In this document: positions 1-22,427 of the stretch, piece by piece
Position numbering within the stretch: the stretch's first letter is position 1
Layout of the letters: the number at the start of each line of letters is the position of its first letter
Assembly: GCA_000934665.2 (NCBI GenBank)
Contig: KZ538486.1
Coordinates: 1-64,000, forward strand
Origin: Catajapyx aquilonaris
Taxonomy: Eukaryota
Length of the DNA stretch: 64,000 nucleotides
Direction: 5' to 3'
Notes under the pieces: generated by a model
Told to the model about the DNA's origin: nothing
Seen by the model: the letters and a program-made list of their open reading frames with translations, nothing else
The model's database searches: none
Translations under genes and position numbers: made by a program

Positions 1-739
1 GTCCCCACTGTAATGGTACACTTCGCGTGTGTGAGACTGTGGGGACCGACAAATGTCCCCACAATTGGAACTGGTCCCCGCAGCTACAGTAAAACCACAG
101 ACTTCCGTCCCCAGACCTTAGTCAAGACCTGATCACTACAATATGTCCAGTGTCACATGCAGTCACATGACTGCAGGTGTCAAAAAATGCGAGTCTGCCG
201 ATGATGCAAGTCCCAAATTTTCTCCTGGTGGACCAGCAACTAAAGGTGACTCCAGAGTTAAAAATCAAGTGGTGTGAGGTCTGGGGAACCTGGCGGAAAT
301 GCCCTGTGCCTGACTTCGGAAGTTAGCCACATTGAGTACATTTTATGACATTTCTATTTTGAACTGATATTCTCAATGTATGGAGACTTTTGGGACACCC
401 TGTAGAACAATGCACGAAAAATGCTGCTTTTTTAAAATTCAAGGGATACAAGTAGACTCTATCTCCTGCCACTGTTGCCAAGTGCCTGTATTAATTGCCT
501 TGTGGATGCTGCACTAGTTGGTCCTCAATATGAAAGGGAGAAGGAAATGAGAACCGAGTGGAAGCCTTAGAGCCAGCAGGGAAGGTGGGAGTAGTGCGGT
601 GTATGTGCATCATAATTTGGCTGCATCCCAAGTGAAGTTGTGCCCTAGAGGGCTTTGTGACTTGCATACTGATTCCACATCCTCCTTTTGCTGCCATGCA
701 TTCAGGCATTGAATCTGATGTGCTTCCTTTTCACCACAG

Positions 740-9792
<9,053 letters not shown>

Positions 9793-11149
9793 AAGTGCAA
9801 CCAGGACTCACCTCCTCATTGCTAAATTTTTTTTGTTGGAGAGAGATGTTTTTGTTTTCACACCACAGTTGGTGCGGGAGGGGGAGGTGGGGTAGGGGGA
9901 GATGATTGGGGGGCACTGAACCTTACTCTCGCCTCTCATTCTTGCCTTCTGTCATGGGACTGACAGAGAAAGGGGAGGGCCCCTCTGCCTTCGGGGCCCA
10001 CGCGTTGCTTGCGGGATCCCTCTGCTGCCCTAGTGTAGATAAAACGGCTCGATTGGTGAATTTTGTTTGTCTGGTGGGTGGGCGTGTGGGAAGTTCAGGC
10101 GGGGTGGATTGAATGTGGCCAGTCCCAGAGTGGAAATTAGTGATAATCAACAGATTAAATCCTCATTGCAACATATAGCTCGTGAAGACAAGGCTGCTTT
10201 ATATTGAAACCCCACCTCCCTCCCTATCCCCTCGCCAGTTCTCCAACCCCCTACGATTGAAATTGTAAAATAGGCTATTTATGGTTGAGAGGTTTTGGCG
10301 TACAGTTTATAATTGTTATTTGCTTAGTAGTTAAATGGTGGTCATCCCCCCTCCCCCTCCAGGTGGTTAGGAAACAGGTGTCGTGCTCCCGCAGGACAGG
10401 AAAGCTGTGACTCGTTTGCTCGAGGTTTTATTCCCGATATAAGAGCAAGGAGGCTGAAAACTGGCATTTTGATAAAGCTTGTGGTGTACATGCATAGTCC
10501 GTTGGGGCGCCAGTTGATGAACCCTCTGCTCTTAGGTCCAAATTTACCCCAATATTTGTCCAAAGCGATTGGCTGCCATGGCTACTTCCCAAATCCATTC
10601 CAAGTAATCACCGTTGGTAAAATAATAATCCGCTGTAACGTTAATCGCCATGTGCAGTTCGGTGACTTGTTAGTACGAATGACATGACAATAGAGGGATC
10701 CTACCCTAATGATTAACCGCCCCACCACCCACTCTTCTTTTTTTTTGGAAACCTATACATGCACTCAGTATATGTGCCCAGTGACTGCAGCAGTGATTTC
10801 GATCCACTACTCGTGACCCACCCACCACCACCACCACTTCCCTCTCCCTGAAGTACATTCACTTGCATGTGTATCTTGGAGCACAAGTTGCATATTTATT
10901 GCAGCGCAGTTGGTGACCACTGTACTCTCCATTCCCCACCCCTGTTCCCAAAAGTTCCATGTCCGCTAGCCCCGTCCTACCCACGCACATTTCAAAGTGG
11001 TATATGGTTCGAATGATTGCTTATTGTTTGTTTGTTTTTTGGGGGAGGGAGTGTGGAGGGGGGTTAGATTGTGGGGTTGCGCTGCAAAGTGGGATAAATA
11101 ATTATTACTATAGTGTAATTAGGATAATTCATTTTTGGCTGGTTAAAAA

Positions 11150-11155
11150 AATAAA
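11150..11155 (+). terminator. Probable Chc polyadenylation signal
   Basis: AATAAA about 1.36 kb after the Chc stop, followed about 15 nt later by a GT/T-rich element (tgttggtttttttctg). Confidence 0.55.
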
Positions 11156-11232
11156 CGTTAGAAGCATCCATGTTGGTTTTTTTCTGCTTCAGACAACACT
11201 TCCACAGGGATATAGTACGAAACCTTTCCAAT

Positions 11233-11555
11233 GAAATGGCTTCTCTCTGGAGAAACCCATTAACTGAAATGGCTTCCCTCCGGAGAGAAACCTATCCATC
11301 GAAATGGCTCCTCCCCGGAGCGATACCCATCAACCGAAACGGCTCCTCTCCGGAGCGATCCATCGGAATGGCCTCCCTCCGGAGAGAAACCCATTAACTG
11401 AAAGGGCTTCCCTCCGAAGAGACGCCCATTAACTGAAATGGCTTCCCTCCGGAGAGACCCCGTTCAATTAAAATGGCTCCTCTCCGGAGAGAAGCCAATT
11501 AGCTGAAATGGTTCCTCTCCGGTGAGGCGTCATTTACTGAAATGGATTCCCTCCG
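11233..11555. repeat. Minisatellite, ~35-bp unit, about 9-10 degenerate copies
   Basis: Consensus approximately GAAATGGCTTCCCTCCGGAGAGAAACCCATTAACT, repeated head to tail; most units carry the palindrome CTCCGGAG. Confidence 0.92.
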
Positions 11556-11662
11556 CTTGTTTACGAGGCAATTACTCCCCATTATTTATGCTGTGATCTT
11601 CCTCTCCAGTGTTTGCCACACAATGTGTGTAATGAAAACAAGGTCTTTCAGCACAATATTTT

Positions 11663-11668
11663 TTTATT
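11663..11668 (-). terminator. Probable Flo2 polyadenylation signal
   Basis: TTTATT on + (AATAAA on -) at the distal end of a ~2.7-kb UTR-like region downstream of the Flo2 stop. Confidence 0.45.
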
Positions 11669-14387
11669 GTTTATGAGTCATCCCTTCAAAGTGCACTTGG
11701 TTAAAAAATGGGAGAGAAAAGACCCTATGGAACTGAAACTCGACGCTGCATCATGACTCCACTGTCGTCTTCCGTTTCTCCAGCGCAAAAGTACACTGCA
11801 CACACACGGCGGAAAGTACACAAAAAGTGTCCTTGAAGCACACAAGAGGCCACCAGGTATACAATATAATGTAGCAAAGGGAGGCTTTACAGATCATTTA
11901 TAGTAATCTCCATCATTACTGTTCTTTTCTTTTAACTAACAAAACCTCTGTTCTACACCTACAAATACGATATTAATTTGTATGTACAAATAGTACCAAG
12001 GAGTCAAATAGTGACAGGAAAAATAGCAGTTGTATGCGGAAAAGTACGTAGGAGACACAGACACCCATCTGCACTGTAACGGTAACTTGAAAAGCAGGTG
12101 CTAGAGAGATCCTTCTGGGCTGAACTCGTCTGGTACGGCAATTACTGTGCTGGGCAGAAAGCGTCTTCAAGATTACACTGTATATTATATTTAATATATA
12201 GATTCTCTTTCTCTCTCCATTCTCCAAGTAGCTAAATAAATGTTTGGAAAAGAAGAAGAAAAAAAAAGATTGGCAAAGGGGCACGTAACTACAGTCATCC
12301 ACATGAGGCAAAACATTCAACCCACTGTCACACGTAAGGCAGATGCATGAGGTTTTCATTTTTTTTTTCTTTCTTTCCCATGTCTCTATAGGTTTTTAAT
12401 CGCTTCTATCCTGTTCTAGATATAATGGCAGTGATTTGTGTACTGAGTGAGGGCTTCAAACTGCATGTATCTCTGTCCCTGTGAATGACTGCAGCTCTTG
12501 TCAGATGGGCAAATGATCCCTCCTCACGTACCCCCCTCACTCTTACTTTTCCTGACAGATCTCGAAAAAAAATGAGAAACAAAAATACATCATATAATGT
12601 GGTCGAAAGGCAGCTACCCACAACCAAACAATAAAAACATCTGAAAATAAACGAAACGAAGGAGCCAACAGTGCTCTTCCTCTATTTCTCTTTTTTGTAA
12701 AATCTCTCAAAGCTACGTCTAAGCCGCCTTGGGCAAGGGACTAGCCACGTTTGAACTTAGTATGACTCTTCCTTCACCTTATAAGGATTTCAGGAGAGGA
12801 CAACTTTGACGGGAGAGTAGGACTGGGATGATCTGATGGGTAGGGAAAAGTGGAAAAGTACACAAGTGGAGGGCAAACCAGTATGAATTGCCTCAAGTGG
12901 TCCCATATCATCATCAAATTATTATTTTTTGCACATAGATGGCAATTGGGCCCAAAAACAGTTATTCCAAGCTAGACTACAACTGACGAAGCAAACATTT
13001 TGTTTGCAACATCAACATAAAGCTACAGATCCATTATACCTGAGGCACAAAATCCACAGGCCATTTTGAAGGTGGCAGACCACAAACTCTAAATATTTTT
13101 GCAGATCTATAGTAACAGTACTTGAAAATAAAAGAAAAACTGAAACAGATCAAAACTGCCCACAAATACCTGGAAGAGGCAGATTGGTGAAGGTGTAGTG
13201 TGCAATTGAAGGGGTTAGTCCCTCACCTGCAGCATGTCATTTCATCCCTAACTGAAAAATGAACTTAAGAAATTCCTTACACACTACGTGCACCCCAAAC
13301 GCTTCTGTTGCTTGGCAATTAGCATATGTCAAAAAAATAGGGTCATCATTGTCTTTTAAAATGGCCTTAAATGGTCAGTGATCTGGATCCATCCAACTTA
13401 AGAGCCCCGAGTACGATATCCAACAATTTGGCTAAATGGAACGATCGCTGCTGCAGCGAGTCTTCAGTAAGTAAGCAAAAGACTGAAACACAGTAGTACA
13501 TATGAAGCCCTGTTTTTCCTTCTTTCACGCACAAGCCGCGATGTGAGTATTATGCAACTCTTTTTTTTAAATGCTTCCTGGCAACGTAATGTAGCATACA
13601 ATTTTCTGCCTCACTACGTTTAATCCATTTCCATACCCTATGCAATGGTGTCAGCACCACTTTATGCTAAAGTAAATCAAGAATCGATGTTACAAGTCAT
13701 CAGGAAGCAACATTATTTACAGAGTAGTCAAACTACCATACATCCTGGCTTGTACAAACGCAAAATAAAATTGACATCGTCTTGGCATGTATCACTCTTG
13801 CCATCCTATCAAGCAGTCCATCCCACTTCTCCTAATTTCTCATGACCCTCCTTCCATCCAAACAACTCCATCCCGGATACCGAACGTTATGCCTACCTGC
13901 CTACCAGCTTACAAAAATAGCCTGTTATGCTTGCATGTTCACCATAATTTCATTCCTCAAGTCTCTTCCAAAACTTTTAATCCTCTAAATAGGCTTTAAA
14001 ATTCCCCCTGGCTCCCCCTTTTTTTTGCACCACATAAAAGGTACAGAAGTGAAAAAAAAAGGACACGCGCACACACACACACACATACACTCGGGGCTGG
14101 CTCCTGCGAGGTCTGTCTTTTTGCCACTGACCTAACTCATCTTTGACTCTTGATTGATCTTGCAGTTAAAGTTCCAAACTTTTTTACAATGGCAACTAGA
14201 CCGCTAGCGAGCCCTGAGTTGAAACCAGTACGGTACGACCTTTCTTAAATTTCCAGTGGCAGTGTGCAATCTCCTCCAATCCAACACCTTCCCCCCACCC
14301 CATCCCATCCCCAAAAAATGGCTTCAAAGCTGGTAACACTGTTTACAAGGCATGCTGGTGGGCTGGGATTCTTGCAGTGGCCTGATT

Positions 14388-17300
14388 CTATTTGGCAGCA
14401 ACTCCCTGCACTTTAGAAGTCATCATCTGGAATGAAGACACAAACGCAATTATTGAATGCCAAGAGACGCTCCTTACATGGCACAAACGAACTTGAATAT
14501 TTCAGCATGGTTTCACTGCCACGCAAATTCATATTAGGTCACTCCTGTGGAGAAAGCATTCCATTTCCATTCTCTTAACTCTTAAGGCCATTTCACAAAA
14601 AAAAAATCTCGCGGCAAACGGCACTGCGGCATATTTGTCGCATCGCCTTGGTTTGCCGCGTGTGCAAACACAAAAAGAGCTGCGACACGACTGACGACTA
14701 GCGACAAGTCTGGGAAACAAAAGACGCGGCTCGCCCGAATTCCGGAAAGCCGAGGTCAATAGCCTTGGAATAGCCGGGTCAAGATGGCATGGAGATGGCA
14801 GAGAGAAGCAGGATGGAGTAGCGCATCTGCGCATGATCATAGCAGTCACGTGACCGACAACCACGACTCCCTATTGGCTGCGTCATATTCAACGCGCGAC
14901 AAATTCTGGCTGGCCTGTCCTTGCAGTGTGGGATATTTGTCGCGCGACAAACTCCGACGCGCGACAAAAATTTTATGTGAACTGCACTTCGACGTGTTAG
15001 CCGACGCGTTTGCCGCTTGACGCTGCTGCAAAATCTTTTTGTGAAATGGCCTTTAGTGAATTATTTAATGCTAAAGAATATGCTTTGGGACACTTGACCT
15101 TGGTAGGGAAGATAAAGATATTGCACAAGTACTCACACTTGCGCTCTGGGTTCACATTCAGCGGTTGATGGGTACAGACAGGATTAGGAGCCGGTGCTGA
15201 AAACTTTGGAGAGGGCTGAGGAATGGAGAAGACATGGACGCAGTGGAAAATCGGAAAATTGGATATGCTGCTGGTTCCTTAAATATTAATTGTTCTATCT
15301 GATCCCTGACCACACTAATCTAAAACTCTGACTATGAATGAGAAAATCAAGTTCTGGGGAAATGCCCTACACGTTGGAAACTTGATTAAAATGTATCAAT
15401 CCCTTTGTTTTATAGTTAGGGTTCTGCCAGGAGTAGAGGTGCTGCACAGAGATGGCCAAACCTTGTTAGTTCAAATCTCAGGGAAGCAAAAAATGTCACT
15501 GAATTAGATGACGTCAAATTATCCACACATATCCCTGTCCCTACTGACTTGCTCATCTCATCTGACCTTATATTCATAACCTCCCTGACCCACATTATGT
15601 GGACCTATTACGAAAACCAAAAAGTTAACTTACATGCATTAAGGTGTGTTCACATGTTCACAAGAATCCATGTTTTCAGCAAATTCAAGACATTTTAATG
15701 TGGACAAATAGGGTGTGAGAAGAATTGGCTTCTCACTACAACCTATTCTTACAAGCTTGTGAACACACCTTCAGCCATAACATCTGAAAATGCCTTGATA
15801 GGAGCTCACATAGGATAAGGAGACACTGGTAATTTCACTCATCTCTCTTGCGACTGCAGCCTGGTGCACCGCAGTGTAGGGCCTGAAAAATGTGCCCCAG
15901 AATTTCACTGTAATAGCCTTTTTGCCACTTTTCATCTCTATCACTGAGTATAAATTCTGAATGCTTATTCACTAAGAGAAAGTATTTGCTCCATAAAATA
16001 ATTGCAGCAATGAAGGATTCATGGAGGAGGGAAAACTGTGCACCTGTGAATAATGCCTTCTCCTTTGTCACATTATAATGACCGCAATGTGAGACTCACC
16101 TTGGACAGGTCGACTCCAGTGAGAGCATGGATGGCAGGTGGCAGTTGCCCCACAAGGCGGCTGATCTCTGAGGTGAGCCTGTCTTCCCCTCCAAGCATGA
16201 CAATTTCCTCGGTCTTAGCCAAGGGAGCGGCAATCTCTGCAGATATCTTGGGCAGGGCTTCCAGCACCAGGGACATGATAGCTGCATCTCCGTACTGCTT
16301 GTAGGCCGCTGCCTTCATGCGCATGCGCTCTGCTTCTGCCTTCCCCACAGCTTCCATAGAGTAGGCTTCCGCTGAGCCCAGTTTGCGAATACGCTCTGCT
16401 TCTGCCCTGGCAACTTCCACTGTCTGGGTTCTGAAGAGTACGACAGCAGCCATTACAAGTAAGCAAACCCACCAGGTCATTAAAGCAAGAGATCACCAGG
16501 ATTACAAGGTTATAAAAATGTCTTTAGTAGTTCCTTCTATTTGAAGCTTAACGTCCCATCTCTATCTCATCTAAAAAAATATGCACACACTTGCAAGCAA
16601 ATTCATTTCAACATGTTAGACAGTATACGTGCTATTTCACAATGCTTAAATGCCTTCATTGTATTGTTTTGAATTTCATGAGAAATTACAACTACATTGA
16701 CAGTTTCACACGATTGCCCGTAACTAATGAAGCCTTCTCCCTTTGTCTGCACTCTGGGACAATATTTTCTTCTCCATTCATTAACAGAGATCTTCATCAG
16801 CAACCTCACAGCCTGTGACAATACATGCCTTTTTCCCTCAGCAATAGTCTGCAGTTTGTAGGACTCGGCTTCAGCTGGCAGGCGGACAGTAGCTCCCAGC
16901 TCCTTCTCCTTCCTGGCCACTTCCTGCTCCTCCACTTCAATCAGCTTGCGTCGCTCCACTACTTCAATCTGGAGCTCTTCGTTTCGGATGCGTTGGCGGA
17001 CTCGTGCCGCCTCGAGTTCGTATGCTAGTTGAGCCTCAGCTTTCTGCAAGGATGAGTCATCAGTAGGATTGAATAATACATTGACAGCTGTTACAAGTCA
17101 CTCACGGCAGTGTTGATTTCCTTGTCAAAGTTGGCTTTTTGCAGCTTGTACATTCGCGCATTGTCCTCTATCTTGGTGTCAGTGCTGTACTTGACATCCA
17201 TGGCTGACTTTTCACACTCTGCTTCCTGCGGAATAAAAAAGGGATTATTATCAGTTCAGAAGTGTGCCTCTTGAAGGAAACAGTTACCAGCAATCAACTG

Positions 17301-20300
17301 GACCAACCAGGCCATACACAAAGTATAAACACAGTTCAAAAAAAAAACTGGTGGGCATGTCACTCATTATGTAACCATATGCACCTTCCAGGCATAAAAT
17401 AATATCTTCCCATGACCTGCTCAATTTGCAATTTGTTGCGGCCCATCACGCATCATGGCATGGAACAAGTTGTGTTCAAGGTCGCGAACAGATTTGCGTG
17501 CCAGCACCCAGCAGGGTAATGAGAGTGGAATTAACATTGCTCAATTCGTGGAAATATACACCACCCTGATTTTACAGCAAATAGTGAAATTAATCAATGG
17601 CATGGGGAGACATCACAAAAGTCATCCTGAGTCACCAGAGGATTGACCATTCCAGAGTAATCATGTAGCTACTGTACATAATAAAATAACAATGAATCTG
17701 CTTTCATACAGTAGCAATTGACATAATTATACACTAATTGGCAACATGATTTCACAAATGCTTATCCCACATGATAAAAATGTAACTATGCCAATGCAAA
17801 TTCAGCCTCATCAGAACAACTGAGGCAAGTGAGAGACTCGCATAATTGCATCTATGAATGCCAAGCATGTTGAGTAAAACCAGGTGGGGCTCTCTATGGA
17901 GCCAATGACAGTTTGCCATTGTACAACCTACACTTACATCTTCATGCATATGCAACTCAAATGGCCAAAACATCGCAATCACTCCGAATAGCTATGCATT
18001 ATCCCTATAATAGAGGGATGTTATTTACACCCTGACACTGGTAACCCACATTGTGGCACTCTACAGCCTAACATACCCGGATTCCTGCATCCCGGTTCGC
18101 CTGGGCCACTCCAATATCTGCATCCCGCTTGACTGCTGCCGTCTGTGCCTTGCCCAAAGATGCCAGGTACTCAACATTGTCGTACACATCCTTGATGGTG
18201 AACGACAGGATCTCAATGCCCATCCGGCCTACATCCGGAGCGGCTACTTCCCTTACCAGGGCAGCGAACTGGTCTCGGTCTTTGTACACCTCCTCCACTG
18301 TAAGTGTTCCTGCAAAGATAAGAACATGCCGTCAGCTAAATCCTACAAGAAGATACAACACTGCCACAACCTGATGACCGCCGCACAGGTGAATGTGAAC
18401 ATCAACCCCAATTCAATCAGGGGCATCCACATCCTTACATCAGCCTAACTCTCTGGCTGACACCCAAATGCCCCCCACCCCACAACGCTTTGTGATAACA
18501 CGTCCTCTTTGCTGCACTGCACATGTAGATTCATAAACTGCGGTTGATGGACTGCTTCAGTGATACACATGCTTCAAGGCCAAACTTCCAATTATAGCAG
18601 CCCTTGGAATTCCACTAAAATTCCCCAGCTCAATTCAGTTTGTGGATTTTTTTTTACTGATGTGACTAGTACATACCCCAACGATTTTATTACCCCTACA
18701 ACACACTAGCACAACTATGAAAACAAATTAGTCGACCCTTTCCTGTCACGCTATACAATTACACAATTGCCCCCCATGTTTTGCGCAGAAACCGCTAATA
18801 AACAACGTGATACAATGAGAGGGCAGTGTCAATCACACACTGACGTTACCAAAGCAGGGAAAGGGACAGTGGCTGTAAAAGCCAGCCTTCCGAATATTCC
18901 GTCAGCTGGACAGAAAGTGGATGTAAACAATAGTAATAAACAACTTCACTTTCTTCGTTACAACAAAGTGGAGGATTTCCGCAAGGATTACCTCCATATC
19001 CTCAAGAGGTCGCGACCCCCTTTGGAATTTCCACACATTTCAAACATTCCGGACCAAAAACAGTGTACATATCCGCCAGGTACTGTGTCACACTTCGGAT
19101 CGAAGTGCACGTCCACTTTCATCTGAAAACCAGTCCTTTGGCAACCGCGCAGGAAGTAGGTGACACGTGACGTAACCCCGAACTTTTGACTGGTTTTGAG
19201 GGAGAATCCAGAAAGAGAGGTGCTTTCTCGCAAGGGTGACCGAGAGCGCAATAGTTCCCCGCGACCTGACTCCGTTAACTAGAAAGTATTAAAATAAGTA
19301 AGAGTGGCCGCGCAAGAAGTGGTGCACGCCGTCAGAAACAACCGGGGCATCAGAGGTGGAGGGATGATCTGGCGGGCGGCCATCGCCTGCTGGTGCCGTC
19401 CTCCAGAGACCATCATTGTGTTGGCCGCGATGGTGATGGTGCATGGTCGCATACCGGGTATCGGTGAGGTGACAAACGTGCCGAATAGGGTGGTGCTGGA
19501 ACCGGAGTATGACTTCGTGGTGGTCGGAGGCGGGTCGGCTGGAGCTACCCTGGCCAGCCGGCTCTCGGAGGTACCTCGCTGGAAGGTGCTTCTCCTGGAG
19601 GCTGGAGACGAACCGCATATGCTGGCGCAGATACCCATATATGCCAGCCGACTCCAGCTGGGTTCGTTGGATTGGGCGTACAAGACGGAGCCGCAACCCA
19701 CGGCGTGCCTGGGGTTAAAGGACGGCCGGTGCAACTGGCCTCGAGGGAAGGTGCTGGGCGGATCCAGTGTGCTCAACTACATGCTGTACGTCCGGGGCAA
19801 CCGGAACGACTACGACCTGTGGGAAGCCATGGGCAACCCAGGTTGGGGTTACCGGGATGTGCTGCCGTACTTCAAGAAATCCGAGGACAACTCCAACACC
19901 GGGTATGCATCGACACCGTTCCATAGCAAGAGGGGCGAACTGGGTGTGCAGGAGGCTCCGTGGCACACCCATCTGGCGGATCTCTTCCTCTTCGCCGGAC
20001 GGGAGATGGGCTACCAGGTCAGGGATGCCAATGGGGCGTACCAGGCCGGTTTCATGAGGCCGCAAGGGACCATCCGACGTGGAGCCAGATGCTCTACCAA
20101 CACGGCGTTCCTGTCTCCGTCGCACGTGCGATTCAGGCCCAATTTGCACGTGGCCAAGAAGGCACACGTTGTCCAGGTTGACTTCCAGGTAGGTGGACGG
20201 TATACAATCGGGGCACTAGGCCCAACATTGTTTTTGTCGGACCCCGTTCCGGCACACTTCGCTGCCGCTTGAAATTTTATGGAGTTAGCAGCTTGCTGAA

Positions 20301-22344
20301 CAGAAACCGCAGTGCTGATCGGGCGTTGCACTCTGTAAATCACGCATTGCTATTGCGTTTGTAGGTCAATACTACCATGCTGACCTTGCTCAACTATGGA
20401 ACTGCTATAGTGCTATCAGTGCATAATTTTGGGAGCGCCCAACGTGACACAATTTTCCTACGCCCAAGTGAAGCATACTGGCCAATCCGGTTAAGCCAGA
20501 AGTTACATTAGTCGGAAATGTTGCCGCGCATCCAGAAATGCAGCAATAGTTCTCTGAATTTGCGAAACCTTCCAATGAATGTGTGTCATGCACAAGTCCA
20601 TCCAGCAAATTAGCCAACTTGAAACCACTCTTAAAATTGCGACAGGTGATCATTTACAGCAATAATTTTCTTCGCTAGGACTTAACAAGTCGTGGAAGTC
20701 AATTACATAGTTATGAAACCAACAGCCTGTAACGGATGTGACTCTTGCAGGATGATGGCGGTGTACCAAAAGCAGTGGGCGTGACCATCCAAAGGTACGG
20801 TCGCAAGGAGCAAGTGCGAGCCAAGAGAGAGGTCATCCTTTCCGCCGGCACCATCGGTTCTGCCCAGCTCCTGATGCTCTCGGGTCTGGGTCCTCGCAAC
20901 CACCTGCACAGGATGGGCATCCCAATAGTGGCCCACTCCCCAGGGGTAGGCCGAAACCTGCAGGACCACATCGGTACGGGAGGAATTGTCTTCCTGGTCA
21001 ACCGTCCCATGTCCATCAAAACTCGTCGTCACCTCAGCATCCTCTCCTTCAGCGAGTGGATGAGTGAGGGCCAAGGTCCCTTCACATGCCTAGGAGGTGT
21101 CGAGGGCCTGGCGTGGCTCAACAGCCAGTACTCCAACAGATCACAAGACTGGCCGGATGTCCAGTTTCACTTCATCGGCGGGTCGCTCCTGACCGACGAC
21201 GGTGTCATGCGGCAGATCAGCGGGTTGACCGACCAGAACTGGGAGGCTATGTACCGAGACATGGACGGCCGGGAGTCATGGATGGTTCTGCCTACTCTCC
21301 TTCGACCTAAAAGCCGTGGGAGATTGCGTCTTCGCAGCAGCAACCCTGAGGACCACCCGCTGATATACCCGAATTACCTGCGACACCCGGAGGACGTGCG
21401 GGTCTTGGTAGAAGCCACCAAGATGGCCGTCTCCATGGGTGCAACCACCGCCTTCAAGACGGTCAACTCGACGCTTCTGGCTCGGTTCTTCCCTGCCTGT
21501 TCGCATCTTCCGCTCTTCTCGGACGCTCTTTGGGAGTGCCAGGCTCGGCACTACACGTTTACCAATTACCACCCGGTGGGAACATGCAAGATGGGTCCGC
21601 CGGAAGACCCCATGGCGGTGGTGGATCATCGTCTCAGGGTTTATGGGGTGGAGGGGCTGCGGGTGGTCGATGCCTCCATTATGCCCAATATTGTTAGCGG
21701 GAACACTAATTCGCCGACGATCATGATAGCCGAGAAGGCGTCAGATATTATTAAGGAAGACTGGCTTTAGTCAAGATTTTTATGGATTGTGTGATACTGA
21801 CTCAATAGTGCAAGAGAACCTTTCTTGAAATTCTTCTGTCATGTTAAAAATGCATCTTCGTGCGTGAAATAACAGTAAAAGTGGCAGTCTCTACTCTCTT
21901 ATTTAAATTTAGGGCGTTATGACATTCGCGAGTGAATTTCAAATTATAGTGGTGCCTGATAAGCCGGACGCTCTCTCTGGTCATTAAATATATACCAATA
22001 AACAGTTAACCCCACCACTTTACACTCTTCAAAAAACATACAGTTGTGTTGTAAATTGTTATAAAATACAGTACGCTTTTGCACGGTGTGCACTAGCACA
22101 GTGTTTTACTGCCCTAAGAATAGCGTAGTGCCTTGAAACGTCCTGACTTCAGTGACTGTACAACCGTTTACATGTGATGTGCCATGTGATAACTTTGTCC
22201 TACCTTTTTGTTATATCGAAATATATGCCTGACCATTACTCCTCTACGTTCTATTATTCCCAAAATAGTTGTAATTCGCCGCCAAATCTCCGGCAATGTT
22301 CAGGAGAAACCATCATTAGTGTCTCTCCACAGCCCATTCATTCC

Positions 22345-22427
<83 letters not shown>

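Noticed and set aside
380..404. Tc1/mariner-like terminal repeat (ttttgggacaccctg-TA); a similar end occurs near 55855
   Set aside because: No partner inverted repeat found in the window, so element boundaries cannot be defined.
11233..11555. CRISPR-like appearance (regular, partly palindromic ~35-bp repeats)
   Set aside because: Units are contiguous and degenerate with no unique spacers, there are no cas genes, and the context is eukaryotic. It is a minisatellite.
22110..22143. Sequence resembling a Penelope-type minimal hammerhead ribozyme (ccctaagaa...gccttgaaacgtc)
   Set aside because: The CUGAnGA core is broken and stem II does not pair convincingly; at most a dead remnant.
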